From Minisyncoccota bacterium (GTDB lineage: Bacteria; Patescibacteriota; Minisyncoccia; Phycocordibacterales; DATDWN01), in assembly GCA_041658985.1 (NCBI GenBank), contig JBAZZC010000001.1:65813-129812 (forward strand): a stretch of 64,000 nt of DNA, written 5' to 3'. Under the pieces are notes generated by a model that was not told the DNA's origin, did not search any database, and saw only the letters and a list, made by a program, of their open reading frames with translations. Of this stretch, positions 27,906-36,404 are shown piece by piece. The position numbers and the translations under genes are program-made. Each line of letters opens with the position of its first letter. The first letter of the stretch is position 1.

Positions 27906-29489
27906 ATGGCTGTTTCAAAAATCTACAGCGCACAGACAACGCATCTTACTGCACAAATTATTGATATTGAGGTTGATTTGTCCAAGGGACTTCACTCGTT
28001 TTCTATCGTTGGTCTAGGAGACAAGTCAATTGAGGAATCAAAAGACAGGGTTGGGGCAGCGATAAAAAATTCTGGTTTCAAATCACCAAAAAATAAAAAT
28101 CAAAAAATTGTAGTATCACTCGCTCCGGCGGACATAAAGAAAGAGGGTCCGCTTTTTGATTTACCGATTGCTATTGCATATCTTCTGGCCTCGGAAGACA
28201 TAAAAGCAGATACAAAAAATAGAATCTTTGTTGGAGAGCTGTCTTTAGATGGCGAACTTAGGCCAATAAAAGGCGCTCTACCTATTACCCAAAAAGCCAA
28301 GAAAGAAGGCTTCAAAGAGATATTTTTGCCAAAAGAGAACGCCGAGGAAGCTGTAAATATAGAAGGTATTACTGTTTATGGCGCAGGGAGTTTGTTAGAG
28401 GTTTTGCAACACATAAATACAAAACGGTCCGCCTCATCGGCGGATGAACTTGGGGATACTGGAATAATTCACAAAGAGATCCCCAAGTTCAAAAAAATAA
28501 AGAAAAAGAAAATCGCACGAGAAATTGATATTGATTTTGCTGATATAAAAGGTCAAGAGTCGGCAAAAAGGGGATTAGAAATCGCTGCGGCCGGTGGACA
28601 TAATATAATAATGTATGGACCTCCGGGGACAGGCAAAACAATGCTCGCAAAAGCATTTACACATTTACTTCCACAACTTTCGTTTGATGACATGTTAGAA
28701 GTTACTTCTATTTATTCTATTGGTGGAATGTTGTCAGAGGGTTTGATAGAACATCCACCTTTTCGCTCACCACACCACACCGCCTCTTATGTCTCTCTCG
28801 TCGGTGGTGGAAGTAATTTAAAACCCGGAGAAGTCACGCTCGCACATAAGGGAGTGTTATTCATGGATGAGTTTCCTGAGTTTGATAAAAAGGTTTTGGA
28901 AAGTTTACGTCAACCTTTGGAAGATAGGGTGGTAACTATTTCTCGTGCAAAGGGAAGCGCAAGATACCCAGCACATTTTATTTTAATTGCCACAATGAAC
29001 CCGTGTCCATGTGGAAATTATGGAGTGAAAGGTAAGGAGTGTATTTGTTCTGCACAGAATATAGAAAAATATAAAAGAAAAATGTCTGGACCGATTGTAG
29101 ACAGAATAGATATGTGGGTAGAAGTTTCAAAAGTTGAACACGAAAAATTAACTGATAGCAGGGAAATGCACGAGGGAACAAATGTTATGAAGCCTCGTGT
29201 AGAAAGGGCCAGAAAAATAGCGGAGCAAAGATATAAAAAGCTAGGACTCAAAACAAAAACAAATGCCGAGCTCTCTCCAAAAGATTTAGTCAAACACATT
29301 GTCTTGTCGGATAAAGTGAAAGAAGTTTTGAATAAATCAGCAAAACAATTAGACCTCTCCGCCCGTTCATATCACAGAATAATAAAACTAGCCCGCACAA
29401 TTGCGGACTTGGGTGGTTCAGAGAATATTTCCGAAAATCATATTATGGAAGCGATTAACTACCGTCCCAAAAAATATCAAAATATATAA
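27906..29489 (+). CDS. comM: YifB/ComM Mg-chelatase-like AAA+ ATPase
   Basis: GELSLDG, GPPGTGKT, FRSPHH, LAHKGVLFMDE, MNPCPCG, ARTIADL. Confidence 0.95.
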   Translation: MAVSKIYSAQTTHLTAQIIDIEVDLSKGLHSFSIVGLGDKSIEESKDRVGAAIKNSGFKSPKNKNQKIVVSLAPADIKKEGPLFDLPIAIAYLLASEDIKADTKNRIFVGELSLDGELRPIKGALPITQKAKKEGFKEIFLPKENAEEAVNIEGITVYGAGSLLEVLQHINTKRSASSADELGDTGIIHKEIPKFKKIKKKKIAREIDIDFADIKGQESAKRGLEIAAAGGHNIIMYGPPGTGKTMLAKAFTHLLPQLSFDDMLEVTSIYSIGGMLSEGLIEHPPFRSPHHTASYVSLVGGGSNLKPGEVTLAHKGVLFMDEFPEFDKKVLESLRQPLEDRVVTISRAKGSARYPAHFILIATMNPCPCGNYGVKGKECICSAQNIEKYKRKMSGPIVDRIDMWVEVSKVEHEKLTDSREMHEGTNVMKPRVERARKIAEQRYKKLGLKTKTNAELSPKDLVKHIVLSDKVKEVLNKSAKQLDLSARSYHRIIKLARTIADLGGSENISENHIMEAINYRPKKYQNI

Positions 29490-29546
29490 TTTGTTGACAA
29501 GACAACAATATAAGTATATAATATTGGCAGGAAAGAGAGGTTAGAT

Positions 29547-29903
29547 ATGGTGACTCAGATTTCACTCCATGGTTTCTGGCCACTGAGTTTTGCTATCGCA
29601 ACACTCAGTGCAATCGGCACCCTCTATGGAATTTGGGGGTTGTCGATGTGGTGGAGGGGGAAGGTATCATTCATCGTCGCGGCCGCCAGCACTGGTTTGG
29701 TTTGCTACAACATCAACCCAATCACCCTGAAGCTGTACTCGCAAGCGCAGGCAGAGCTGGGGACATTCTGGCTGTGGGTCCTGTATGCCACCAGCATTGC
29801 CCTCTGGGCAACCAGTGTCCTGACAGTTCTCATCTTGAGAATGTTCGTCATCGACATGTGGGGCGACTGGCGCCGATACCGAGCGCGCCGGCAATCCGCC
29901 TAA
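29547..29903 (+). CDS. 3-TM membrane protein (GC-rich cassette)
   Basis: TTGACA 29494 / TATAAT 29517 with 17-bp spacer, SD GAGG, hydrophobic segments, terminator about 29908-29945. Confidence 0.7.
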   Translation: MVTQISLHGFWPLSFAIATLSAIGTLYGIWGLSMWWRGKVSFIVAAASTGLVCYNINPITLKLYSQAQAELGTFWLWVLYATSIALWATSVLTVLILRMFVIDMWGDWRRYRARRQSA

Positions 29904-29993
29904 ACTCACGCCCCCGCGTGGCCAAAGAGCCATCGGGGCTTTTTGGTTAAAAATTTTTATTTGGTTTGACACGTATGGTATAATACGCACAAT

Positions 29994-30749
29994 ATGATAG
30001 AAAAATATCTTGAAGATGCCGGGTTGAGTGACAAAGAGGTGAAGATTTATCTTCAATTAATCCAGATGGAGAACGCTTCTGTTGTTGATTTGGCAAATAA
30101 AACAAAAATCAAAAGACCGACTGTCTACACCATTCTAGATTCGTTAGCTAAAAAAGGTCTAGTGAGTGAAATAGATGAAAATAAAAAAGCCAAGTATGTG
30201 GCCGAACCACCAGAGAGACTAAAATTATTTATAGAAAGAAAAGAAACTTTCTTGGGTGAATTAAAAAATCGTTTTGTAAATGATATTATTCCTCAAATAA
30301 AAAGTTTTCAAAAGGAAACGGGAGAGAAACCAACGGTAAAATTCTTTTCTGGTAAAGAAGGAATCCTTAGTACCAATGAAGATGTTTACGACGGAAACCC
30401 TGATGGTTCTCCAATTTATATAATATATTCCAAAGACCTTCTTGATGAGGTTTTTAAATCTACAGAAACAGACAAATACAAAAATACAAGAACCAGTGCG
30501 GGAATTAAAGCAAAAACCCTCTATAATTGGTCAAAAGGTGAAAAAAAATCGGATGAATTAGCAGAAAGAATACGGGTTGATGAAAAAAAATATCCTTTCT
30601 TTGCTGATATAAGTATATATAAAGATAAGGTCAGAATTAGCGTATTAGGTAAAGAGCTATCAGGAATATATATAAAGAGTAAAGACTTTGCCGAAACATT
30701 TAAAAGCTTATTCAATCTAGCTTTTGATAATCTGAAAAACAAACAATAA
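29994..30749 (+). CDS. TrmB family transcriptional regulator
   Basis: GLSDKE..IYL.L, RPTVY..L..L..KGLV, DISIYKDKV. Confidence 0.88.
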   Translation: MIEKYLEDAGLSDKEVKIYLQLIQMENASVVDLANKTKIKRPTVYTILDSLAKKGLVSEIDENKKAKYVAEPPERLKLFIERKETFLGELKNRFVNDIIPQIKSFQKETGEKPTVKFFSGKEGILSTNEDVYDGNPDGSPIYIIYSKDLLDEVFKSTETDKYKNTRTSAGIKAKTLYNWSKGEKKSDELAERIRVDEKKYPFFADISIYKDKVRISVLGKELSGIYIKSKDFAETFKSLFNLAFDNLKNKQ

Positions 30750-30754
30750 ACACA

Positions 30755-31052
30755 AATGATGAAGGCCCGGCCGGATGTTACTCCGGCCAGGCCCTGTTTG
30801 TCGGGTCTCCCACAAAGGATGACCCTCGCTGCGTGCCCAACAACCCAGTGGGTTGTGGGGCACCTTGTAGCTAGTCGCCCATTTTCCTAAAACTCCTTCC
30901 AAAAACAGTGCCGAACGACTGACTGACCAATTAACTACGCTGGACTAAAACCCACTGGCCCTACTTGGGATGCCCTATTGCACCCCAAGTTCGCCCGCCC
31001 GGCTCTAGTCCCACATATCGCCTCCCTTATTAGTTGAGGTTGACGTCTCTAG
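30755..31052 (-). ncRNA. structured RNA of about 300 nt carrying two SD-led mini-ORFs
   Basis: TTGACA(31079-84)/TATACT(31057-62) promoter; several hairpins with G-U pairs favouring the minus strand; closing GGCCTGGCCGGA/TCCGGCCGGGCC stem. Confidence 0.6.
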
Positions 31053-31220
31053 GGGTAGTATACACCCTACAATTTTTTTGTCAAATATTGATTTCAAAAC
31101 AGATAAACTCCATGTCAATTTATTTTTAATCTAGTCAGTCTCAATTATAAAGCAAAGAGTGATAAATGGCCTTATTTAAGACTATATTCGTTGTTAGTAA
31201 AAATGACTTGTCAGTTTAGC

Positions 31221-31249
31221 TTGACAAAAAAAGGGTATTGGTATATACT
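31221..31249 (+). promoter_or_regulatory. near-consensus sigma70 promoter
   Basis: TTGACA-17 bp-TATACT. Confidence 0.8.
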
Positions 31250-31389
31250 ATCTCTAGAATCAAGTTAACAATAAGTCAGACTGCTTTGACAATAAATAGT
31301 TTTCACTTCCACTTTGGCTGGCCCGGATCGCACACATTACTTGCGAGGGGCCCCAAAGTGGGAGTGAAAACTCAACAAATGGGGTGGAT

Positions 31390-31704
31390 ATGAACAAGGT
31401 CATCGTCGGCGTCGTGCTGGTGCTGGTTCTGACGGTGTTCGTTGGTGGGTGTGAGCTCAACTCAGTGGTGGTTCGTCACTACTGCGATAAAGAGGTTTCG
31501 TACAACCTCTGGAAGAAAGATTCGCAGTACTGGCTGAACCTCCACGTCGGCTCGGTTGGCGAAAGGGCTTGTGCCGTAAATCCAGACATGCCTCGAGCCA
31601 TCAACTTGCGACAGTACGTTTCCTCGGGCGAGGAAGCGGACAAGTTGATTGAGAGGCACCGGCGTGCCTACGCCGAGAGACTTACCAGACCGAAAGTGAA
31701 CTGA
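31390..31704 (+). CDS. small putative lipoprotein (GC-rich cassette)
   Basis: MNKVIVGVVLVLVLTVFVGGC lipobox-like signal peptide; GC3-rich codons. Confidence 0.7.
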   Translation: MNKVIVGVVLVLVLTVFVGGCELNSVVVRHYCDKEVSYNLWKKDSQYWLNLHVGSVGERACAVNPDMPRAINLRQYVSSGEEADKLIERHRRAYAERLTRPKVN

Positions 31705-32630
31705 CCTCCCCGGTCGTCGTCGCCCCGTGTAGACCAATCCCAAGTCTACCGAGTTAGAAACTGGGACAATAATACTTCGGGGAAGTACCGAAGCGCCTAA
31801 CAAGCGGTCACTGTTCGTCTTCTGGAGCGTCATCCCAGAACTGTATCGAGATGTGTATCTCGACTGATGAGTCCTTCAATAAGTTCAGGACGAAACAGTT
31901 GGTTCCTTAAAAACAATTTTCCGAAACACCTGCCTCCTTCTTGGTTCACTAATATTAAGTGATTCAAGAAGGGGGTAGGTATGCTACGGGCAGATACCAG
32001 AACCTCCATAATGGTGTGATTTGATAGGTACACCTGTAAGAGGTGTAAGTAACAGATGATCCACATGGCATAGTGGGTAACGGGGTAAGGCTCTCCGTGT
32101 CATCGTGTTACCACATCAAATGGGTATAGTGCCACGCCAAAACTGGCGGGGGACACTATATCAACTGGAGTACTCCAGACTGCCCAATTAGAGCTTCGGA
32201 AGGTTGTAGCTACCAAACCTTGCCCTGAGGAACCAATGTTCCTCGGGGTTCCTTAAAAGCAAATCACGTTGTGGTTTCCTTTTAAGGGAAGAGAGGAACA
32301 CGAGGATAAACAAACACCTAAGTTGACCTCCTCTTGTATGTGAATCTCTTCCCGTCATGCCGTTGTCTAGGTCAGTGCAGAGACCAGAGGACAAGAAGGG
32401 TGAAATACTCCGCCTTTAAGTGATAAACCCTCCACTGGCCCAAAAGGTCAGAAGGCGGATGGTGAGTTAAGTGACTCATCATTGGGGATTAAAATACGGG
32501 TGGCCACCATGTTCTACAAAACAAGGAGGTCGGCCAAGCCCGCAAAAAACACCCCGAACTGCACACGTTCTTTGGAGCACAGGCTCCACGATTAAGGCTT
32601 CCAAGCTACCATCGTGGAGCCTTTTTCGTA
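31705..32630 (+). ncRNA. large structured non-coding RNA of about 900 nt, family unknown
   Basis: No plus-strand ORF; dense stems, e.g. ACAATTTTCCGAA/TTCGGAAGGTTGT, ACCTGCCTCCTTCTTG/CAAGAAGGGGGTAGGT, GGGCAG/CTGCCC, TCCGCCTT/AAGGCGGA; ends in a terminator. Confidence 0.7.
31839..31900 (+). ncRNA. type III hammerhead ribozyme
   Basis: AACT-GTA^TCGAGAT-GTGT-ATCTCGA-CTGATGA-GTCCT...AGGAC-GAAA-CAGTT: all three stems and the full catalytic core; predicted cleavage after 31845. Confidence 0.92.
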
Positions 32631-32631
32631 T
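32579..32631 (+). terminator. intrinsic terminator, 53-bp direct repeat copy 1
   Basis: AGGCTCCACGAT...ATCGTGGAGCCT-TTTT, identical to 32952-33004. Confidence 0.85.
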
Positions 32632-32736
32632 CTAAAATGTGTCCCCAGGAGAACTTGACTTTTACCACCTGTCTGTGTTATAATACAAGTAGGAGGTGGG
32701 GCACTACTAACAAAACCCACCGAAGGGAGTTAACAA

Positions 32737-32937
32737 ATGGCAAAGAAGAAGTACCGAAAGCCCCCGAAGGGCTCGGGGGCGGAGTTCCTCGCAAGACTCG
32801 ACTGCCATGCGTCGACGAGGCGGGTGGCAGACGTCGGTCTCGGCCGGGGAGTGACCAGGCGGATTCCTCGTCGTGAAAATCTCGACGAACGAGCGGGTGA
32901 TTTCGGGGATGATGAGAAGAAAGAGAGGTACAATTGA
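32737..32937 (+). CDS. small basic hypothetical protein (GC-rich cassette)
   Basis: TTGACT 32655 / TATAAT 32679, SD AAGGGAG, MAKKKYRKPPKG... Confidence 0.65.
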   Translation: MAKKKYRKPPKGSGAEFLARLDCHASTRRVADVGLGRGVTRRIPRRENLDERAGDFGDDEKKERYN

Positions 32938-32951
32938 TGTTCCTTGGGGCA

Positions 32952-33004
32952 ACAGGCTCCACGATTAAGGCTTCCAAGCTACCATCGTGGAGCCTTTTTC
33001 GTAT
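32952..33004 (+). terminator. intrinsic terminator, 53-bp direct repeat copy 2
   Basis: Identical to 32579-32631. Confidence 0.85.
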
Positions 33005-33010
33005 AAAAAT

Positions 33011-34036
33011 TTAAAATGGATTTTTTGCTCCTCTAATTTCAAAGTGAAGATGTATACCCGTCGGACCCTTCACTCTACCCGTCTTACCCATTTTACCTAT
33101 AACCTGACCTTGTTCTACATAATCCCCGGCACTAACTAATATTGAATTTAGATGACCATAAACTGTCTGGGTACCATTTCCGTGTTTGATAATAATATAG
33201 TTACCATACCCACCATTCCAACCGGTTCTTGCAATCTGTACTTGGCCAGAAGCTGAAGCTAAGATATTTGTGTTAAGAGCTGCCGAAATGTCCACCGCAT
33301 ATCTGTCATGTAGTCCCTGTGTTTTAATTCCACCAATAAGTGGTCGCATGTAATAACCCTCGTAAACCGGATATAACGGAGCTGGTTTAGATATAACACT
33401 ACCACCAAAAGAAACAGGAATAACCTCACCATCGGGCACAACTATTATGTCTCCAACGGCCAATTTGGCATTTTTTGTTAAGTTGTTATATTGCAAAACC
33501 TCTTCCAAATCACCCTTATAAAGCCTGGTTATGCTTTGAAGCGTGTCCCCAGATTTTACTCTGTGTTGTATACCCGAAATAGGTAAAATAACCAGAGTTT
33601 GGCCCTCTGATATTGTATTTCCCTTTATATCGTTACCCCATCTAATAGTGTTAGATGAAACCCCAAACATTTTAGCTATGGCTGGTAGAGTATCTCCCTT
33701 GTGAACAACGTACAAACTAATCTGGTCTTCGCTTACCGTTTTTGTGTCAGCCGGCTTTTGTATCTCTGGTAAAAGAGAGGTCCCGTCAACAATAGTCGCC
33801 TCTTCTTTTGTGGTTGAAGACATTTGGCTCGGAGAGAGAGTGGCTTGAAGTAAAGCCATGTTTTGTGAATTTAGTTGTTGTACTTCCTCAGCCTGAACGT
33901 TGGTTGAAAATAAGTCAGAAAAAAAAGAAAAAACACCGGCTTCTGTGTGCAACGGCATTAAAAGTAATCCCAAAAGAGCAATGCTCAAGAGACTAGGTGT
34001 TATTATGTTCACCACATGTTTCTCCGATCCCACCAA
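33011..34036 (-). CDS. LysM + M23 family peptidase
   Basis: Two LysM repeats (YVVHKGDTL, HRVKSGDTL), H..VD, YGHL, HLHFE. Confidence 0.92.
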   Translation of the reverse strand: MVGSEKHVVNIITPSLLSIALLGLLLMPLHTEAGVFSFFSDLFSTNVQAEEVQQLNSQNMALLQATLSPSQMSSTTKEEATIVDGTSLLPEIQKPADTKTVSEDQISLYVVHKGDTLPAIAKMFGVSSNTIRWGNDIKGNTISEGQTLVILPISGIQHRVKSGDTLQSITRLYKGDLEEVLQYNNLTKNAKLAVGDIIVVPDGEVIPVSFGGSVISKPAPLYPVYEGYYMRPLIGGIKTQGLHDRYAVDISAALNTNILASASGQVQIARTGWNGGYGNYIIIKHGNGTQTVYGHLNSILVSAGDYVEQGQVIGKMGKTGRVKGPTGIHLHFEIRGAKNPF

Positions 34037-34246
34037 ACGCCAACTCTGGGGCTTGGTGCTTTTAAGACCGGACCCAAACTGTGGATCCTGTTGTGAGCTT
34101 TTAATAAGCTAAAAATTAAAATAAATTCTGCTTTTCTGTAATAAAATACGGCTCTACTAGACCATATCTTAAAACTTTAGTTCGGTACATAATCTAGTAT
34201 ATACCCTTTAATCCTTGGGTCAATCTAAGTTATAAACAGCCATCTC

Positions 34247-34430
34247 ATCACTGTTTTTTCAAGACACGTATAAATCGTTGGTACGATTTTACTATGCTCG
34301 TCAATCAAGAAAACAATCTTCCTCAGTACTGGCCCTTTCGCAAACTCGCTTCGCTCAAACAGTGCTTCGGGCTGGCGTACTTCGTCGTTGTTTTCTAATT
34401 GACTGTGCAATGTCTTGAAAAAACAGTGAT
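34247..34430 (+). repeat. family A palindromic element copy 3
   Basis: Same core; outer inverted repeat ATCACTGTTTTTT/AAAAAACAGTGAT. Confidence 0.9.
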
Positions 34431-34471
34431 TTCGCCTCAAACAACAGATCTTGCCATGATATAATCACTAG

Positions 34472-36394
34472 ATGCAAAATTATCTGGAAGACCTGAATAA
34501 GGAACAAAAAATGGCGGTTTTGGCTACGGAGGGACCAGTTTTAATTGTGGCCGGAGCAGGAGCAGGCAAGACCAAAACCTTGACCCACAGAATTCTTCAC
34601 CTCATCTCAAGCGGAGTCAGCCCGGAAAGAATTTTAGCCATTACCTTTACGAACAAAGCGGCCAAGGAGATGAGGGAAAGGGTGTTGAAGCTTTTAAGAC
34701 ACAGCTCCAGAACACCTTTTGTTAGTACTTTCCACGCTCTTGGGGTACAAATCATAAAAGAAAATGCAGAATTACTGAAACTTCCAAGACACTTTAATAT
34801 CTTTGATAAAGCTGATTCAAAAAAAGCACTAAAAGACGCAATTGTTTATCTTGGTATGGACCCAAAAGACCACCTAGAAAAAATTCAACATATTATATCT
34901 GGTGAAAAAAGTCGGGGGGTTGATATAAAAGAATATTTGGAAAGAGAAAGTTACGACCAAACATCTGAACTAACAAAAAAGGTCTGGGTAAAATATGATG
35001 ACACGTTAAAAAAAGAACATGCTCTGGACTTTGACGACTTACTACTTAAAACCCTAAAACTTTTAAAAAAACACCAGGATATTTTAGAAAAATATCAAGA
35101 AAGATTTTTATACATCCACGTTGATGAATACCAAGACACAAATAAGGTACAAAACAGTATTGTTGAGTTATTGGCAGATAAATATAAAAACATCTGCGTT
35201 GTTGGTGACACAGACCAAAACATTTACAGCTGGCGAGGAGCTGAGATCAAAAACATGCTTCATTTTGAAAAACAATATCCAGATGTAAAAACTTTTTTTC
35301 TTGAACAAAATTATCGTTCCACAAAAAACATCTTAGCGGTAGCCAATGAAATTATTAAAAAAAACAATTTCCGTATACCAAAAAAACTTTTCACCGAAAA
35401 CCCAGAAGGGGAAAAGGTTGGCTTATTTAAAGCACGAAATGAGAATGATGAAGCCCATTTTATTGCCATGAAAGCAAAGGATTTAATTTCTGGTGGAACA
35501 AAGGATGATAATATTGCTGTTCTATACCGAGCCAACTTTCAGTCCAGGGTACTTGAAGACGCCTTTCTTTCTCATGGTGTACCATATCAAATGCTCGGAA
35601 CAAAATTTTTTGAGAGAAAAGAAATAAAAGATGTTGTTAGTTTTATAAAGGCATCTCTTAACCCAGAAAACTGGAGTGATTTTGTGCGTATAGTAAATAT
35701 TCCACCAAGAGGAATAGGAAAAACGACCGTCCAAAAAATAATTTCTGGTCAGGAAACAGAATTACCAGAAAACACCAGAGCCAAAATAAACAATTTTAGA
35801 AAAATGTTGGAAGAGTTTAAAAATATTTTAGTCACAGAGAAGCCAAGTGATTCAATAAAATATATTATCAAAAAATCCGGCATAAAAGAGATGTATGATA
35901 CAGGAAAAGAAGATGATGTAGAGAGGTTAGAAAATATTATGGAACTTGTCTCTCTAGCTAAAGAATATGATGTGCATCCGCCAGAAGAAGCTATAGAAAA
36001 ATTTTTGACAGACACAGCTCTAGTCTCCGACCAAGACTCCCTAGATGGAGAAAAAAGGGGGGTTAAGCTTATGACCGTTCATTCATCAAAGGGGTTAGAG
36101 TTTGATTATGTTTTTATTTCTGGATTAGAAAGCGACCTTTTTCCACACAAAAGAAGTTACGAGGGAAAAAGACCAAACGAGGACAAAGAGGAAGAAAGAA
36201 GGCTGTTTTACGTGGCTTTGACTCGCGCAGCAAAGAAACTTTTTTTGACATGGGCCAATACCCGTACTATATTTGGAACGATAGAAGTTAATTCGCCATC
36301 TGAATTCATAGATGATATTCCCGAGAAATATACCGAGGATGAATCATTTCTGGGAGAGTTGGAGAAAGAACCTCTGTTTAGTATAGATTTTTAA
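34472..36394 (+). CDS. pcrA: UvrD/PcrA ATP-dependent DNA helicase
   Basis: AGAGAGKT, TFTNKAA, VDEYQDTN, QNYRST, MTVHSSKGLEF, EERRLFYVALTRA. Confidence 0.95.
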   Translation: MQNYLEDLNKEQKMAVLATEGPVLIVAGAGAGKTKTLTHRILHLISSGVSPERILAITFTNKAAKEMRERVLKLLRHSSRTPFVSTFHALGVQIIKENAELLKLPRHFNIFDKADSKKALKDAIVYLGMDPKDHLEKIQHIISGEKSRGVDIKEYLERESYDQTSELTKKVWVKYDDTLKKEHALDFDDLLLKTLKLLKKHQDILEKYQERFLYIHVDEYQDTNKVQNSIVELLADKYKNICVVGDTDQNIYSWRGAEIKNMLHFEKQYPDVKTFFLEQNYRSTKNILAVANEIIKKNNFRIPKKLFTENPEGEKVGLFKARNENDEAHFIAMKAKDLISGGTKDDNIAVLYRANFQSRVLEDAFLSHGVPYQMLGTKFFERKEIKDVVSFIKASLNPENWSDFVRIVNIPPRGIGKTTVQKIISGQETELPENTRAKINNFRKMLEEFKNILVTEKPSDSIKYIIKKSGIKEMYDTGKEDDVERLENIMELVSLAKEYDVHPPEEAIEKFLTDTALVSDQDSLDGEKRGVKLMTVHSSKGLEFDYVFISGLESDLFPHKRSYEGKRPNEDKEEERRLFYVALTRAAKKLFLTWANTRTIFGTIEVNSPSEFIDDIPEKYTEDESFLGELEKEPLFSIDF

Positions 36395-36404
36395 ACACAA
36401 AATA

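Noticed and set aside
31729-31770. Twister or other second ribozyme at GTAGAC-CAATCCCAA-GTCTAC...TGGGA
   Set aside because: A possible H-type pseudoknot, but I could not place the conserved twister, pistol or HDV core residues.
31705-32630. Group I/II intron, RNase P RNA or tmRNA identity for the large RNA
   Set aside because: No GUGYG start or domain V, no convincing P7 pair (GCAGAGACC is only suggestive), no GAGGAAAGUCC, no tRNA-like ends, and no interrupted host gene. Not excluded without Infernal.
32579-33004. CRISPR array or integron attC sites
   Set aside because: Only two copies 373 bp apart, terminator-shaped, no cas genes, no RYYYAAC/GTTRRRY boxes; the recombinase in the window looks like Xer rather than IntI.
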